A DNA stretch of 64,000 bases from Armatimonadota bacterium. Its GTDB lineage: Bacteria; Armatimonadota; HRBIN16. This document shows positions 30,311 to 39,176 of the stretch, in pieces (positions within the stretch are counted from its first letter, which is position 1; the number at the start of each line of letters is the position of its first letter). The notes beneath the pieces are model-generated. The model saw nothing but the letters and a program-made list of their open reading frames with translations, was not told where the DNA came from and made no database searches. Location of the stretch: assembly GCA_963677485.1 (NCBI GenBank), contig OY781964.1, positions 4,928,001 to 4,992,000 on the forward strand, written 5' to 3'. The position numbers and the translations under genes were made by a program.

Positions 30311-30958
30311 GGGTTCCGCCTCTAGGCGGGTCCTGATCCGTGCCCCGCACTGCTCGCAGTCGCATTCTATTGTTGTGTCGATACCAGCGTCCACGCGCAG
30401 CATCTCGGCTCTCAGTGCGCTACGGTCACGCATCGACATTTCGCTGAGTGCTTTCTTTGAAGGAGGATTTCCGTCGATGTCGATGATACGCATCAGCATG
30501 GCCGCGGAGATAGAGGGCTCCTGCATCGCAGCGAGCCGCTTTTCTTTGTGACCGTCGAGATAGCCAAACCGCAGCTTTGCACCAGACGCCGGTAGAGTGA
30601 AAGTGAATTTTCTCTCCTCGCCGTAGGGTGTCACGATAAGGTCATTAACGTTAATCAGCTCACGAAACTTTGCCCGGCAGCTGGCATTCGGGCAGGCCAG
30701 CTCAAGCTCCACTTCGTCGCCAAGAGATATCTGGCGCAGTTTCACCAGTGTAAAGAGCCTGTCGCCTGAGAGCATGTCAAGCACGTATTTTGTGGTAATC
30801 TCCCTCGCCTCACCGGTTCGCAGGATGCAGTTAGCAAGCACCTGATTGACCGCGTCACCGGACCTTATGAGGCGCTGGATTGTGAGCAGCTCCTCTTCGG
30901 CCCCTGTCATCTCACGCAGCTCGATCCCGTCGCCACTTGGTAGTTGAAACGCGTACAT
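30281..30958 (-). CDS. tail assembly chaperone (T4 gp26-like, two Cys pairs)
   Basis: LPSG..IELREMTG.EEELL, GDR...LV.LR.ISLG, CPNASC, CEQCG; lies between tube and tape measure genes. Confidence 0.8.
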   Translation of the reverse strand: MYAFQLPSGDGIELREMTGAEEELLTIQRLIRSGDAVNQVLANCILRTGEAREITTKYVLDMLSGDRLFTLVKLRQISLGDEVELELACPNASCRAKFRELINVNDLIVTPYGEERKFTFTLPASGAKLRFGYLDGHKEKRLAAMQEPSISAAMLMRIIDIDGNPPSKKALSEMSMRDRSALRAEMLRVDAGIDTTIECDCEQCGARIRTRLEAEPAFLFPGVRL

Positions 30959-30972
30959 GTGGTTTTCTCCTT

Positions 30973-31434
30973 TTAGTCCCAGTACTGATAGCACAGACTG
31001 ATTTTTTCGATCGTGTTGTCGGAGCTGCCGCCCTCGAGTTCGTCGTATTCAAGCGACTTGATCCACGCGCCGTGCAGCGTCCAGCGCCTGGTTTCGCTGC
31101 CAGAGCGGTCGTAGCGCACGATGTCTACCACCCGCATATACTCGTCAGGTAAAGCGCCTACACCGGCATTCACCTCAGCCTGTTGCCGAACCCAGTTACG
31201 AGCAGCTTCATCGGAGCCGTCTGCCAGCACGCCCTTTTCAAGGGTGATATCCTCAAACTTCATGCGCCCAGCAACCTTCTGGTCAAACATTGAGCCTGCT
31301 GGCGAAAAGGCCACCTCCTCAAACTCGGTCTTTGGCTCCTGGCCTTTGCGAAATAACGCCACGTCAAAGCCATTGATCTCAATAGCGAACTGCCAGTTCT
31401 GATACAGGCTCTGGGGCATAGTGACTTCCATCAC
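30973..31434 (-). CDS. tail tube protein (T4 gp19-like)
   Basis: F.IEING, K.AGR.KFEDITLEKG, RWTL.GAW. Confidence 0.9.
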   Translation of the reverse strand: MMEVTMPQSLYQNWQFAIEINGFDVALFRKGQEPKTEFEEVAFSPAGSMFDQKVAGRMKFEDITLEKGVLADGSDEAARNWVRQQAEVNAGVGALPDEYMRVVDIVRYDRSGSETRRWTLHGAWIKSLEYDELEGGSSDNTIEKISLCYQYWD

Positions 31435-32966
31435 AGCACCTCCCTAAAGTTAGCGCCGGTTGCGGTGAGAATGAAGCTCAGTTCCACGAACTCCGCGGTC
31501 TTGATGGGTTTGACGAACACCCGGGCGACCATCTGGTTTTGGTCTATCACCTGGGGGGTATTGGTCTCATCATCGCACTGCACCCGGAAGTCGTAGAACC
31601 CGCCTTTACCCTTGATGCCCTGCAGGAACGGAGTGATGATACGCACCAGAGCACGCCAGGTCTGAGCGTTATTAGGCTCAAAGAGCACATACCGGGCGGA
31701 CTGAGAGATCGCTTCCTCGACATACATCATGAGCCGTCGCACGTTGATCCGGTCTGTGGCTGATGGCTGGCTCTGCAGCGTCTTCTGCCCCCAGATGTTT
31801 ATGCCCGAATCCACAAACGAGGCAATGACGTTAATGCCCTCCAAGTAGAGTGCGTCACGCTCACCGCGACTTGTCTTGTAAGCTAATGATTGGGCGTTAA
31901 ATATACGCCCCCTATCGATACCGGCCGGCGCGTACCACACCTCGGCCTTCTGGTCATTCCTGGCGATACAACCAGCCACGGCCCCTGATGGTGGAACTAG
32001 CTTTGCTTTAGCGGTCAAAGGGTCCTGAATTTCAAGCCACGGGTAATACATCGCCGCATAAGACGAGTTGAACGCCGAATGGGTGTAGGCCCCCTGCCCC
32101 CTTCGAAACTCAATCACCTCAAGCGGCTCCAGATGAAGGGGTGCTTCGGTGATATATAGAAGGTCCTTTCTGGATTCGGCGTAGCTGCAGCCCGACTGGA
32201 TCACAGAAGCCGAAGTCACTCCAGGCACCAGCAGGATATTTAGCCCATCAATCTCATCAAAGGCGTAGAGCCCGGTATGAAGCGCCGGGTCACCCGTATA
32301 ATCTGCATCTGCCATGCCCGTGACACCGTCTTCACCCGTAGCCAGCGAGAACGTGCCCACCAGGGGCCTGTCCTGCGCAGTATTCAAGGTGGGTGAGAGA
32401 TCTTCGGCAGTAATATACTCAGACACACCGTTCACGGCCATCTCGATATGGTTTAAATCTGCACTGCTCATCGTGAGGTCACGGAATACCTCGACGAGTT
32501 CCCCCTTGCAGCTCACAAGCAGATCAAACTCACTCTCGGCGTCTTCGCGACCATCCGTGATCTCTACAGACAGACCGTTACCCCACTTTCCTTCAGTTAG
32601 TGCAGCAAACTTCAGTGTGTCCAGTGCGGCCTCACCGGCATTACGGTTCTTAACGGTAACGCCCGCACATGTGGCTGTGAGAGTTGCTCTGTCAGTCGGG
32701 TCAGTCATATGCGCCGTTCTGTTTACGTAAAGCACGCTGCCCCCGTTATCATAGAACAGCCGCGCAGCATACGCGAGATAGCCGCCCGAAGTATAGCTGC
32801 CAAACTTCCGGGTGAACTGCTCCCAGCTTGTGACAAGTGTTGGCTGATTGATAGGCCCCTTCTCAGCTACGCCGACAATGCCGCATACGGACGTCGATAT
32901 CTGCTTAATGTAGAAGCTGAAATCTGTCTCCCGGGTATAAACGCCCGGTGAAAGTGCTGTGCTCAC
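31431..32966 (-). CDS. contractile tail sheath protein
   Basis: SPGVYTRETD, GVAEKGP, YYPWL, PPSG.VAG, W.APAG, WGQKTL, INVRRL, FEPN. Confidence 0.95.
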   Translation of the reverse strand: MSTALSPGVYTRETDFSFYIKQISTSVCGIVGVAEKGPINQPTLVTSWEQFTRKFGSYTSGGYLAYAARLFYDNGGSVLYVNRTAHMTDPTDRATLTATCAGVTVKNRNAGEAALDTLKFAALTEGKWGNGLSVEITDGREDAESEFDLLVSCKGELVEVFRDLTMSSADLNHIEMAVNGVSEYITAEDLSPTLNTAQDRPLVGTFSLATGEDGVTGMADADYTGDPALHTGLYAFDEIDGLNILLVPGVTSASVIQSGCSYAESRKDLLYITEAPLHLEPLEVIEFRRGQGAYTHSAFNSSYAAMYYPWLEIQDPLTAKAKLVPPSGAVAGCIARNDQKAEVWYAPAGIDRGRIFNAQSLAYKTSRGERDALYLEGINVIASFVDSGINIWGQKTLQSQPSATDRINVRRLMMYVEEAISQSARYVLFEPNNAQTWRALVRIITPFLQGIKGKGGFYDFRVQCDDETNTPQVIDQNQMVARVFVKPIKTAEFVELSFILTATGANFREVL

Positions 32967-32969
32967 CTG

Positions 32970-33248
32970 TTACCTCCGTTTCTTTGTAATGGGGTCAGTC
33001 GCCTGTTCGACCACTTCCGTCTGCGGCGTTTCAGATTCGTCACCTGCTGTGACCGCTGTGACCGAATGCTTCACCTCAGACATATTGGCAAGTGCCACGA
33101 ATCCCCGGCTAGCTGCGGTGCGCATCTCCGCGGTGACTTCATCACGCCTAAGTATCTGGCGTTCCCTGGGAGAGAGATGCAAACTTGCGCTCTGCCTGGC
33201 TAACTGAAAAGTTAGCGGCTGGTTAAGTAGGTTGCGTATTTCTATCAC
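32970..33248 (-). CDS. small virion-associated hypothetical protein
   Basis: AGGAG RBS; N-terminus resembles that of 35085..35426. Confidence 0.55.
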   Translation of the reverse strand: MIEIRNLLNQPLTFQLARQSASLHLSPRERQILRRDEVTAEMRTAASRGFVALANMSEVKHSVTAVTAGDESETPQTEVVEQATDPITKKRR

Positions 33249-33257
33249 TTTTGTCTC

Positions 33258-33782
33258 CTATAGACTCGTTTCTATCTTCACTCCGGTAGCCAGCTTCCCT
33301 GAGATCACCAGCCCGTCATACACGGGGCAGTCCTCAATGCGGCACTTGCCGGATGCCTGCCGCATGTTTGAGAGGTTCACTCTCTTTAGTCCGCCGAGTG
33401 GCACAAGCTCCGTGAGATGAAGTGCGCTCTGCTCACCGAGCGAAAGCGCCGGGTGTAACTGGTAGAACCGTGCCACCTTCTCCAGCATCTCCAGAAGCTC
33501 AGATTCGAGGCCGGTGGTGACCACGATGTCAAAGTCCAGATGATATAGCCTCGGATGCCGGCACCCCTCGAAGCTCAGGTTTACTTCATCACGCCTCGTG
33601 AGCATAGCAGGTGTCCGTCTGCCACCGTCTTCTGTGAGCACCGGGCCCTGTATGACCACACTTGGCACTTTGGGCACTTCGAACGCGTCATCTGAAGCCA
33701 CCAGCACCGCACCTGAATGCAGCTCCGTCTTCACGAGTCGAATGAACGACTCGACTACGCTACGTAGAACGCTCATATTCAC
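33258..33782 (-). CDS. putative tail terminator/completion protein
   Basis: Position just upstream of the sheath gene; P..Y.L.F.I.V pattern. Confidence 0.55.
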   Translation of the reverse strand: MNMSVLRSVVESFIRLVKTELHSGAVLVASDDAFEVPKVPSVVIQGPVLTEDGGRRTPAMLTRRDEVNLSFEGCRHPRLYHLDFDIVVTTGLESELLEMLEKVARFYQLHPALSLGEQSALHLTELVPLGGLKRVNLSNMRQASGKCRIEDCPVYDGLVISGKLATGVKIETSL

Positions 33783-33785
33783 CCC

Positions 33786-34274
33786 TCATTCCATCACCGA
33801 CAGCAAAGCATCCCTGTAGTTCCTGATAACCTCATCTCGGTATTTGTTCATAGTAGGATGCAGAAACGGTCTTGGCGGGATGACGATCACGGCACCACTG
33901 GGATGGTTGATCGTTGCGCCAAACTCCATCACTGCCCCGATATTTGCTATACTCTCTCCGTCCTTCGATATGCTTGTACGTAGCAGACCCACAAACGCGC
34001 CATCTGAGAGTATCTTCTGAGTGATGCTACTGACTAGAAACCCCGTATCAATCAGCGCTTTGCTTGATCCTTTACGCTTTGTTGTTATCTCGGCCAGCGG
34101 AGTAAACTGCTGGCCGCCTGGTGCCTGGCTCTTGATTCCGCGTTTGATTTCCCGAACGAGCAGAAGCGCGTTCTTTATCGTCGCTTTCCTAACAGCTAGT
34201 GCCAGGCGCTGACTATAGCCGTTTGTCAAAAGCCGCTTGGCCTTCTCCCAGTCACCGAACCGGCTAATCTCCAC
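33786..34274 (-). CDS. virion morphogenesis/neck protein (Mu gpG-like)
   Basis: PLA..T..RKGSSKALIDTG.L, EFGA, IPPRPFL. Confidence 0.85.
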   Translation of the reverse strand: MEISRFGDWEKAKRLLTNGYSQRLALAVRKATIKNALLLVREIKRGIKSQAPGGQQFTPLAEITTKRKGSSKALIDTGFLVSSITQKILSDGAFVGLLRTSISKDGESIANIGAVMEFGATINHPSGAVIVIPPRPFLHPTMNKYRDEVIRNYRDALLSVME

Positions 34275-34299
34275 GGCTAATCTCCACGGCTAATCTCCA
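34261..34299. repeat. 13-bp tandem repeat x3 (CGGCTAATCTCCA)
   Basis: Exact copies at 34261, 34274 and 34287. Confidence 0.95.
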
Positions 34300-34652
34300 T
34301 GTATCTCCACGAGTCTCAGCGTCTTGTGCGTGGTCACCCCGAAATGCTGCTCCGGGGTCACGCTCTGCACGCGGTAGGTTTGGTTACCTACCTGGATCCG
34401 GTCCTGCGCGCAGACATCCTGTTCAGGAAGCACACACGCCGTGGCGTCAATTTTGTTTACCATGTCCTCCCTGGTGGTCAGCTGGAACTCAAGCTTAAAC
34501 ATGCCAAGCTCCGTAAACGCTGCATCATCCGAGCCGTAGAGCCTTTCACCGCTACCAGCTCGAAACAGCAGTGCCTCCTGGCCAGAACTAATCAGCAGCG
34601 CCCGCACGTCATTCGCTGCTGCCTGCTTATCTGTATCCGTCAGCAGGCTCAT
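34290..34652 (-). CDS. putative head closure protein
   Basis: DV...DRI.VG..TYRV..V motif; position in the neck cluster. Confidence 0.6.
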   Translation of the reverse strand: MSLLTDTDKQAAANDVRALLISSGQEALLFRAGSGERLYGSDDAAFTELGMFKLEFQLTTREDMVNKIDATACVLPEQDVCAQDRIQVGNQTYRVQSVTPEQHFGVTTHKTLRLVEIHGD

Positions 34653-35104
34653 ATCTCTGAACCCTGTTCGTAGACCGCGATCGGTATTGACCTGGGTGTC
34701 ATGACGAAATCGTCTACCCCGCTTACGGCCTTTATCTCACCAAGCCGCTGCTGATAAGTAGCCGTCAGGTCCGATTCGAGTTTCGCCCAGTGTTCGGGCT
34801 GGCTCGTTTTGTCTACGCGTTTATCACCAGATGAGAAGGAGAAGGCATTAGCGGTAGCCGCCCTCATGAACTGGCACGCAGCGATCTGAGCTTGCAGTAG
34901 GAGTATCTCTAGCACCTCCCCCTGCGGTGCAGGGATTATCTCGCTGCTTACCACACTCATCTGCGTGCCGGTATCTCGCCCGACCGCAAACGTGCTTCTT
35001 AGGATGCAGCGTTTGAGCACCTCATCTGCGAAGCGCTCAGAACTGGGGTCGGCCAGATCGGTCCTGAGCATGGTGATGAGTTCACTAAGAGCCAACGTTC
35101 TCAC
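34649..35104 (-). CDS. putative head-tail adaptor
   Basis: LI..LR.DL.D....F.DE.L and FSFSSGD..VD pattern. Confidence 0.6.
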   Translation of the reverse strand: MRTLALSELITMLRTDLADPSSERFADEVLKRCILRSTFAVGRDTGTQMSVVSSEIIPAPQGEVLEILLLQAQIAACQFMRAATANAFSFSSGDKRVDKTSQPEHWAKLESDLTATYQQRLGEIKAVSGVDDFVMTPRSIPIAVYEQGSEI

Positions 35105-35426
35105 CCGGAGTATCTATGGGCCTCGCTGCCTGCTTGGCGCCATCTGCGATAGCAGCGCTTTCAGTTACGTTCCCTTTGGCCGCAGATGGGGCCTTTGCCG
35201 CTACTGCCTTGCCAGAGCTGCGCGGAGGCGCCTTCACTCCCGGTTTTGGCTCTGACTCCGGCTCTGGCCCAGTCAACGGCTCTATACGTGTTAACAGCCC
35301 GTCTTCTATGCACCGGTTCATCTGGGGGGTGAGCGTCTCCACGCTCGCAGTCCCACCTGGGGTTAGCTTGAGCCCGGCATCAGCAATGAGCAGCAAGCCG
35401 GGTCTCACGTTCTTTACCTTGATCAC
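35085..35426 (-). CDS. hypothetical protein with Pro/Ala/Lys-rich tail
   Basis: GGAGG RBS; immediately follows the capsid gene. Confidence 0.55.
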   Translation of the reverse strand: MIKVKNVRPGLLLIADAGLKLTPGGTASVETLTPQMNRCIEDGLLTRIEPLTGPEPESEPKPGVKAPPRSSGKAVAAKAPSAAKGNVTESAAIADGAKQAARPIDTPGENVGS

Positions 35427-35438
35427 TTATAGGCCTCC

Positions 35439-36302
35439 TTAGGGCAGAATCTTAATCTTAGCGAGAATCTCTGGGCGGGTGATGCCCTGCCCCAGTTCCG
35501 ACCACACTAGCCAGCCCGTCTTGAAGCGGGTCTTCTGCTCAATGGCCTCGGTCTTCAGCGCCTCGCGGATGGGCATCTTACCGATCTCCTCATCGGGAAT
35601 AATCAGGATCTCATCCATGTCGGCAGACGCGGTCAGCATGATGCCGCCGGTGCCGTAGTTCTTGATCACACCCTTAGTGCGAAACTCAGCCCTGGTTTCG
35701 GGATCAAGGTCCCAGTCACGCATGTCGTTAAACCGGCGGCCACGCATCACGATAAACTTCACCGCTAGCTCCAGGTCCTCAATGATGGAGATCGCCTCGT
35801 TCAAGGCGTCATCGGTGAGCTTGCCGCCGGTGACCTCTATCGTGTTCGCGGCAGGCACCGCCTTCGAAATCACAGAGATGGTGCGCTTATCCATCTCCTT
35901 ACGGATCTCTTTTGCCGCGGATGTCTGGATATCCATAAGCGTGCCGATATTGCCGTGCTTGAGCACAGAGATGTCGACCATGGGCTCTGCGTGAATACGG
36001 TGTGTCGGGAACTCCACTTCGTCCTGACCTACCTCCTGTTCACGTGCCTCACCCTCGGTGCTAATCCAGTAGGCCTTCACCGTGGGCCGCTTCTGGTAGA
36101 CAGGACGCTCACCCGTAGGCAGCGTATGCTGGGTCAGTAGGAGCGAAGATTTCTCCTTACGATCTATCTCCTGAGCGATGGGGCCAGCGATGGCCGCGGC
36201 CAGTGCACGCATACCTTCTGGAGATTCAAGCGCCTCGCTCATAAGCCGCGCCATCGCCTCCATATACTCCTGGCTGTGAATGCTAGTCTGAGATGTGTTC
36301 AT
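35439..36302 (-). CDS. major capsid protein (HK97 fold)
   Basis: 287 aa, follows the protease/scaffold and decoration genes; A...I...MD...I spine helix and E.G..I.RP C-terminus. Confidence 0.8.
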   Translation of the reverse strand: MNTSQTSIHSQEYMEAMARLMSEALESPEGMRALAAAIAGPIAQEIDRKEKSSLLLTQHTLPTGERPVYQKRPTVKAYWISTEGEAREQEVGQDEVEFPTHRIHAEPMVDISVLKHGNIGTLMDIQTSAAKEIRKEMDKRTISVISKAVPAANTIEVTGGKLTDDALNEAISIIEDLELAVKFIVMRGRRFNDMRDWDLDPETRAEFRTKGVIKNYGTGGIMLTASADMDEILIIPDEEIGKMPIREALKTEAIEQKTRFKTGWLVWSELGQGITRPEILAKIKILP

Positions 36303-36323
36303 CTGTTCGTCTATTCCTCCGTC

Positions 36324-36686
36324 CTAAATAAGCAAGCGGTACTTAAGCGTCCCGCTCGAAATAGAGAGCGCTTGAGCGACCACTTTGTCATCCACTCCGG
36401 CGCTAGCGGCGAGCTTACCGCTCACAGCGACCTTGAGACTATCGCCTGCTGTGATGTTGCCCTCGTACACGTCGGTCTCATACACCCCGCCCATGCAGAA
36501 GATGCCGGGCATCTCGCCGTTACTGTAGTCTTTGATGAGCACTCCGAAGCTGCTGACGCTCGGGTCTGTGTTCACTGCAAACAGGTCGTTACCTACGATC
36601 TTCACGAACTGACCGCAAGAACCTGCGCCCTGCATATATCCGTGGCCATATGCTAGCCCTCGATGAGCTGCGTTAAGATATGCCAT
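36324..36686 (-). CDS. capsid decoration/cement protein
   Basis: 120 aa, Gly-rich beta, I.AGD.L.V..SGKL motif; directly upstream of the capsid gene. Confidence 0.65.
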   Translation of the reverse strand: MAYLNAAHRGLAYGHGYMQGAGSCGQFVKIVGNDLFAVNTDPSVSSFGVLIKDYSNGEMPGIFCMGGVYETDVYEGNITAGDSLKVAVSGKLAASAGVDDKVVAQALSISSGTLKYRLLI

Positions 36687-36698
36687 GTTTACTCCTCC

Positions 36699-37298
36699 TT
36701 AGTTGCCTTCGCTAGCGAGACCAACCCGCTCACGATAGGCGGCCATGAATCCGTCCCGGAGCTTATCTTCCAGGGAGGACTTCTTGTCGTCTACACTTAG
36801 GGCACGCACACCTGCGTCTGTCCTGAGTGAATGGGAAGCAGTTGCCGACGACACCGGTGGTGTCAACGCTGCCGTCTTTTCGGCCTGATCTGCTTTGTTC
36901 TCACCAGCCTGCTTTGCCGCGTTCTGGCAATCAGACCTCGACTGGATCACCCTTTCAAACGCGGCTTCGGTAGCCGCAAACGCCTCGTCGGAAAGCGCAG
37001 CCAGCCGGCTAAGTTCCTGCTCCTTATCCTCCTCAGAGCTAAACGGCATGCCGCTTCGTTCGAGCTTCTTTAGTAGCTTCTGTGCTCGTGCTTTGTTCGC
37101 CGCGGCCTTGCTCTGCGCTTCTAGGTCCTGCACCTGCTTTTGAAGCTCAAGAATCTGGTTCTTTAGCGCCTTGTTTTCGGTCTCAAGCTCCTTCACTCGG
37201 GCTTTGTCGTCAACTGGGGGCACGCCGGCGCCGGCTGGGGCCTGTTGCTTCTTTGCAGCCTCAAGCTGCTCCTCGGTGTCTTTGTGAATCTCCTCCAC
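36699..37298 (-). CDS. nested in-frame scaffolding protein (internal start)
   Basis: AGGAGG-N7-GTG in frame at codon 600, just after the protease-like domain; charged coiled-coil product. Confidence 0.6.
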   Translation of the reverse strand: MEEIHKDTEEQLEAAKKQQAPAGAGVPPVDDKARVKELETENKALKNQILELQKQVQDLEAQSKAAANKARAQKLLKKLERSGMPFSSEEDKEQELSRLAALSDEAFAATEAAFERVIQSRSDCQNAAKQAGENKADQAEKTAALTPPVSSATASHSLRTDAGVRALSVDDKKSSLEDKLRDGFMAAYRERVGLASEGN

Positions 37299-39095
37299 TA
37301 GGTTGCCTCCTGTGTTTTTGCAACTGCACTGATGCGCCTCATCTGAGGCGACTTGTGTGATTCGCGCATTTTCATCTGCTCCTTTACGGTCGAGAAGTCC
37401 GAGTCCGGTGAATGTCACTCCGTGAAGGATCTCAAACACCGGCTTACCTTGATACTCCGCACCTTTGAACTTGCGCAGGTGCGTGCAGTAGTCATTCTTT
37501 GAGCTGACCTTCGCGGCGCAGATTGAGCACTCGCCGCTCTCGTAGTCACACTCCATCGAGACCTGCGTAATGATGCCGCGTTTCATAAGCTTGTGAGCAA
37601 GCGAAGCCGTGGGTGTGTCCGCAGTAAATAACTCGCCCACGCACTCGATACGCCCGCCTGCCTCGTCATCCACGAACTCAGCGCCGATGATGCCGCCCAC
37701 GATATCAGTCAGGTCCTGCGAGTGCTTGAGGTCGATCTTCTTGTTGATAGCTGTCGAGTAGCGGGTCGATAGCTCTTCTGGCAGAAAGTGGTCCCCGTTC
37801 TTGTTGGTGCCAGCCCTGCACATCACGAAGCTAAACTGCGGGTCGCCTGCATTGGGGTTCAGGTCGATTGCTGAAGCCGACATACCAGCACCCATGGCCA
37901 TATCCACTGGGATGATGGTGTGACAGTTAGCTGCCTTAGCTAAAGGTAAACTCTGCGCCTGGGCCGACTTAACCCCCTTAGTGCAGATGAATAGCCGCTC
38001 CATGGCCACCGAGTTTTCGGAGTGCTTGGCGGAGATGCTATACTTGTGCTGACGCGACTGCATCCGGCTCTCTTTACCACTCTCCGAGATGATCTGCTTC
38101 ATCTCTACCTCGTTTGGGTAGGCATGGTCACGGTAGGAGATCAGCCAGTTCGCGATATGCTTTGCGCTCCCAAGGAACGTGCTGAAGAACTCATTGGCAC
38201 TCGCTTTGGTGACCGTCTTGTGCTCTGTGGCGTAATGGTGGGTCTTTGAATCTTCGTTAATGACCAGTCCGTCCCAGTAAGTCATAAGGCCCTCTACGAA
38301 GTGGTAACTCTTCTCATAGTTAGTCGTAGAGAACTCAGTCGCATAAGGCGGATCGAAATAGGCCAGGTCGACCTTCGCTTCCGGCAGCACCTCATTGATG
38401 TCTTTGTTAAGCGCCTTACACTCCTTTCCGTTGTCGAAGATGAGGGCGTTGATGCGTGCAATATTGTCAGAGAAGCGCTGTATGAACTCCTCTGGTGTGT
38501 CTTGCCGCTTGCCGTAGTCTGTCGAAGAAGAAAAGTGACCGAAGCCGCCCTTGCCAGACAGGCAAGTCTTACCGAGTGCAAACAGCGCGATGTCCTTCTT
38601 ATACCCTTCCAGTTTGTCTGCATTTGCTCTGATGTCATCTATAACCCCGTGCACTCCGCCTGCGAAGAATAACCCCTTGAAGTTGTCCTGGACAAAGGTC
38701 CCTGCCTTTGGGTTCTTCGCAAGCAGAGCGGCGAGTTCGTCTTCACTAATCCGCACCGCTGTGTTCTCGACGATAGCGCGAGCAGCGTGGTATGAGTAGC
38801 GCAGACGGTCGTTGGCGGTGACCTTAAGACCCTTGGTCTTGTACATGTAGGCCACCACGCCAGATCCGGAAAACGCGTCAATGACTGAGTTCACACCCTC
38901 TGGGGTATGTCTCCATATCCAGTCGATAAGCTTCTGCTTGGAGCCTATGTAGTTGGTGATGTATTTCGGTCGATCTTCGGCGGGCTGCTCCTCAGTGACT
39001 AGCTCCCCCGCTTCAGAAAGAAGCTCAAGTTGACAGGATGCATCAGCCTCAAGTAGGAAGGCCAGCCGGTCACGATCTGTTGCAAATAACTCCAT
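36699..39095 (-). CDS. fusion of N6-adenine DNA methyltransferase (D12/alpha class), prohead protease-like domain and scaffold
   Basis: NYIGSK, DAFSGSG, YFDPPY (aa ~45-370); then TNKNGD, IDLKH, VSMEC, C-x2-C..CTH, GAD..A.I (aa ~420-585); then a coiled coil. Confidence 0.85.
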   Translation of the reverse strand: MELFATDRDRLAFLLEADASCQLELLSEAGELVTEEQPAEDRPKYITNYIGSKQKLIDWIWRHTPEGVNSVIDAFSGSGVVAYMYKTKGLKVTANDRLRYSYHAARAIVENTAVRISEDELAALLAKNPKAGTFVQDNFKGLFFAGGVHGVIDDIRANADKLEGYKKDIALFALGKTCLSGKGGFGHFSSSTDYGKRQDTPEEFIQRFSDNIARINALIFDNGKECKALNKDINEVLPEAKVDLAYFDPPYATEFSTTNYEKSYHFVEGLMTYWDGLVINEDSKTHHYATEHKTVTKASANEFFSTFLGSAKHIANWLISYRDHAYPNEVEMKQIISESGKESRMQSRQHKYSISAKHSENSVAMERLFICTKGVKSAQAQSLPLAKAANCHTIIPVDMAMGAGMSASAIDLNPNAGDPQFSFVMCRAGTNKNGDHFLPEELSTRYSTAINKKIDLKHSQDLTDIVGGIIGAEFVDDEAGGRIECVGELFTADTPTASLAHKLMKRGIITQVSMECDYESGECSICAAKVSSKNDYCTHLRKFKGAEYQGKPVFEILHGVTFTGLGLLDRKGADENARITQVASDEAHQCSCKNTGGNLVEEIHKDTEEQLEAAKKQQAPAGAGVPPVDDKARVKELETENKALKNQILELQKQVQDLEAQSKAAANKARAQKLLKKLERSGMPFSSEEDKEQELSRLAALSDEAFAATEAAFERVIQSRSDCQNAAKQAGENKADQAEKTAALTPPVSSATASHSLRTDAGVRALSVDDKKSSLEDKLRDGFMAAYRERVGLASEGN

Positions 39096-39144
39096 TTATC
39101 TCTCCCCTGCAGATTGAGGGTGATTATCATACCCCTCCACTTGA

Positions 39145-39176
39145 TATTTACGCGCGAAAAATGGAAAGTGTCGGAA
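39145..39176 (-). promoter_or_regulatory. element-specific promoter, copy B
   Basis: TTCCGACACTTTCCATTTTTCGCGCGTAAATA, 49 bp upstream of the MTase-protease start. Confidence 0.75.

Noticed and set aside
17849-33782. Stand-alone eCIS, tailocin or T6SS
   Set aside because: Terminase, portal, capsid and replication genes are contiguous with the tail genes; no T6SS membrane complex seen
35439-36302. Encapsulin nanocompartment
   Set aside because: Context (portal, terminase, protease, neck) indicates a phage capsid protein
36699-39095. Restriction-modification system
   Set aside because: No adjacent restriction endonuclease; the neighbours are head genes
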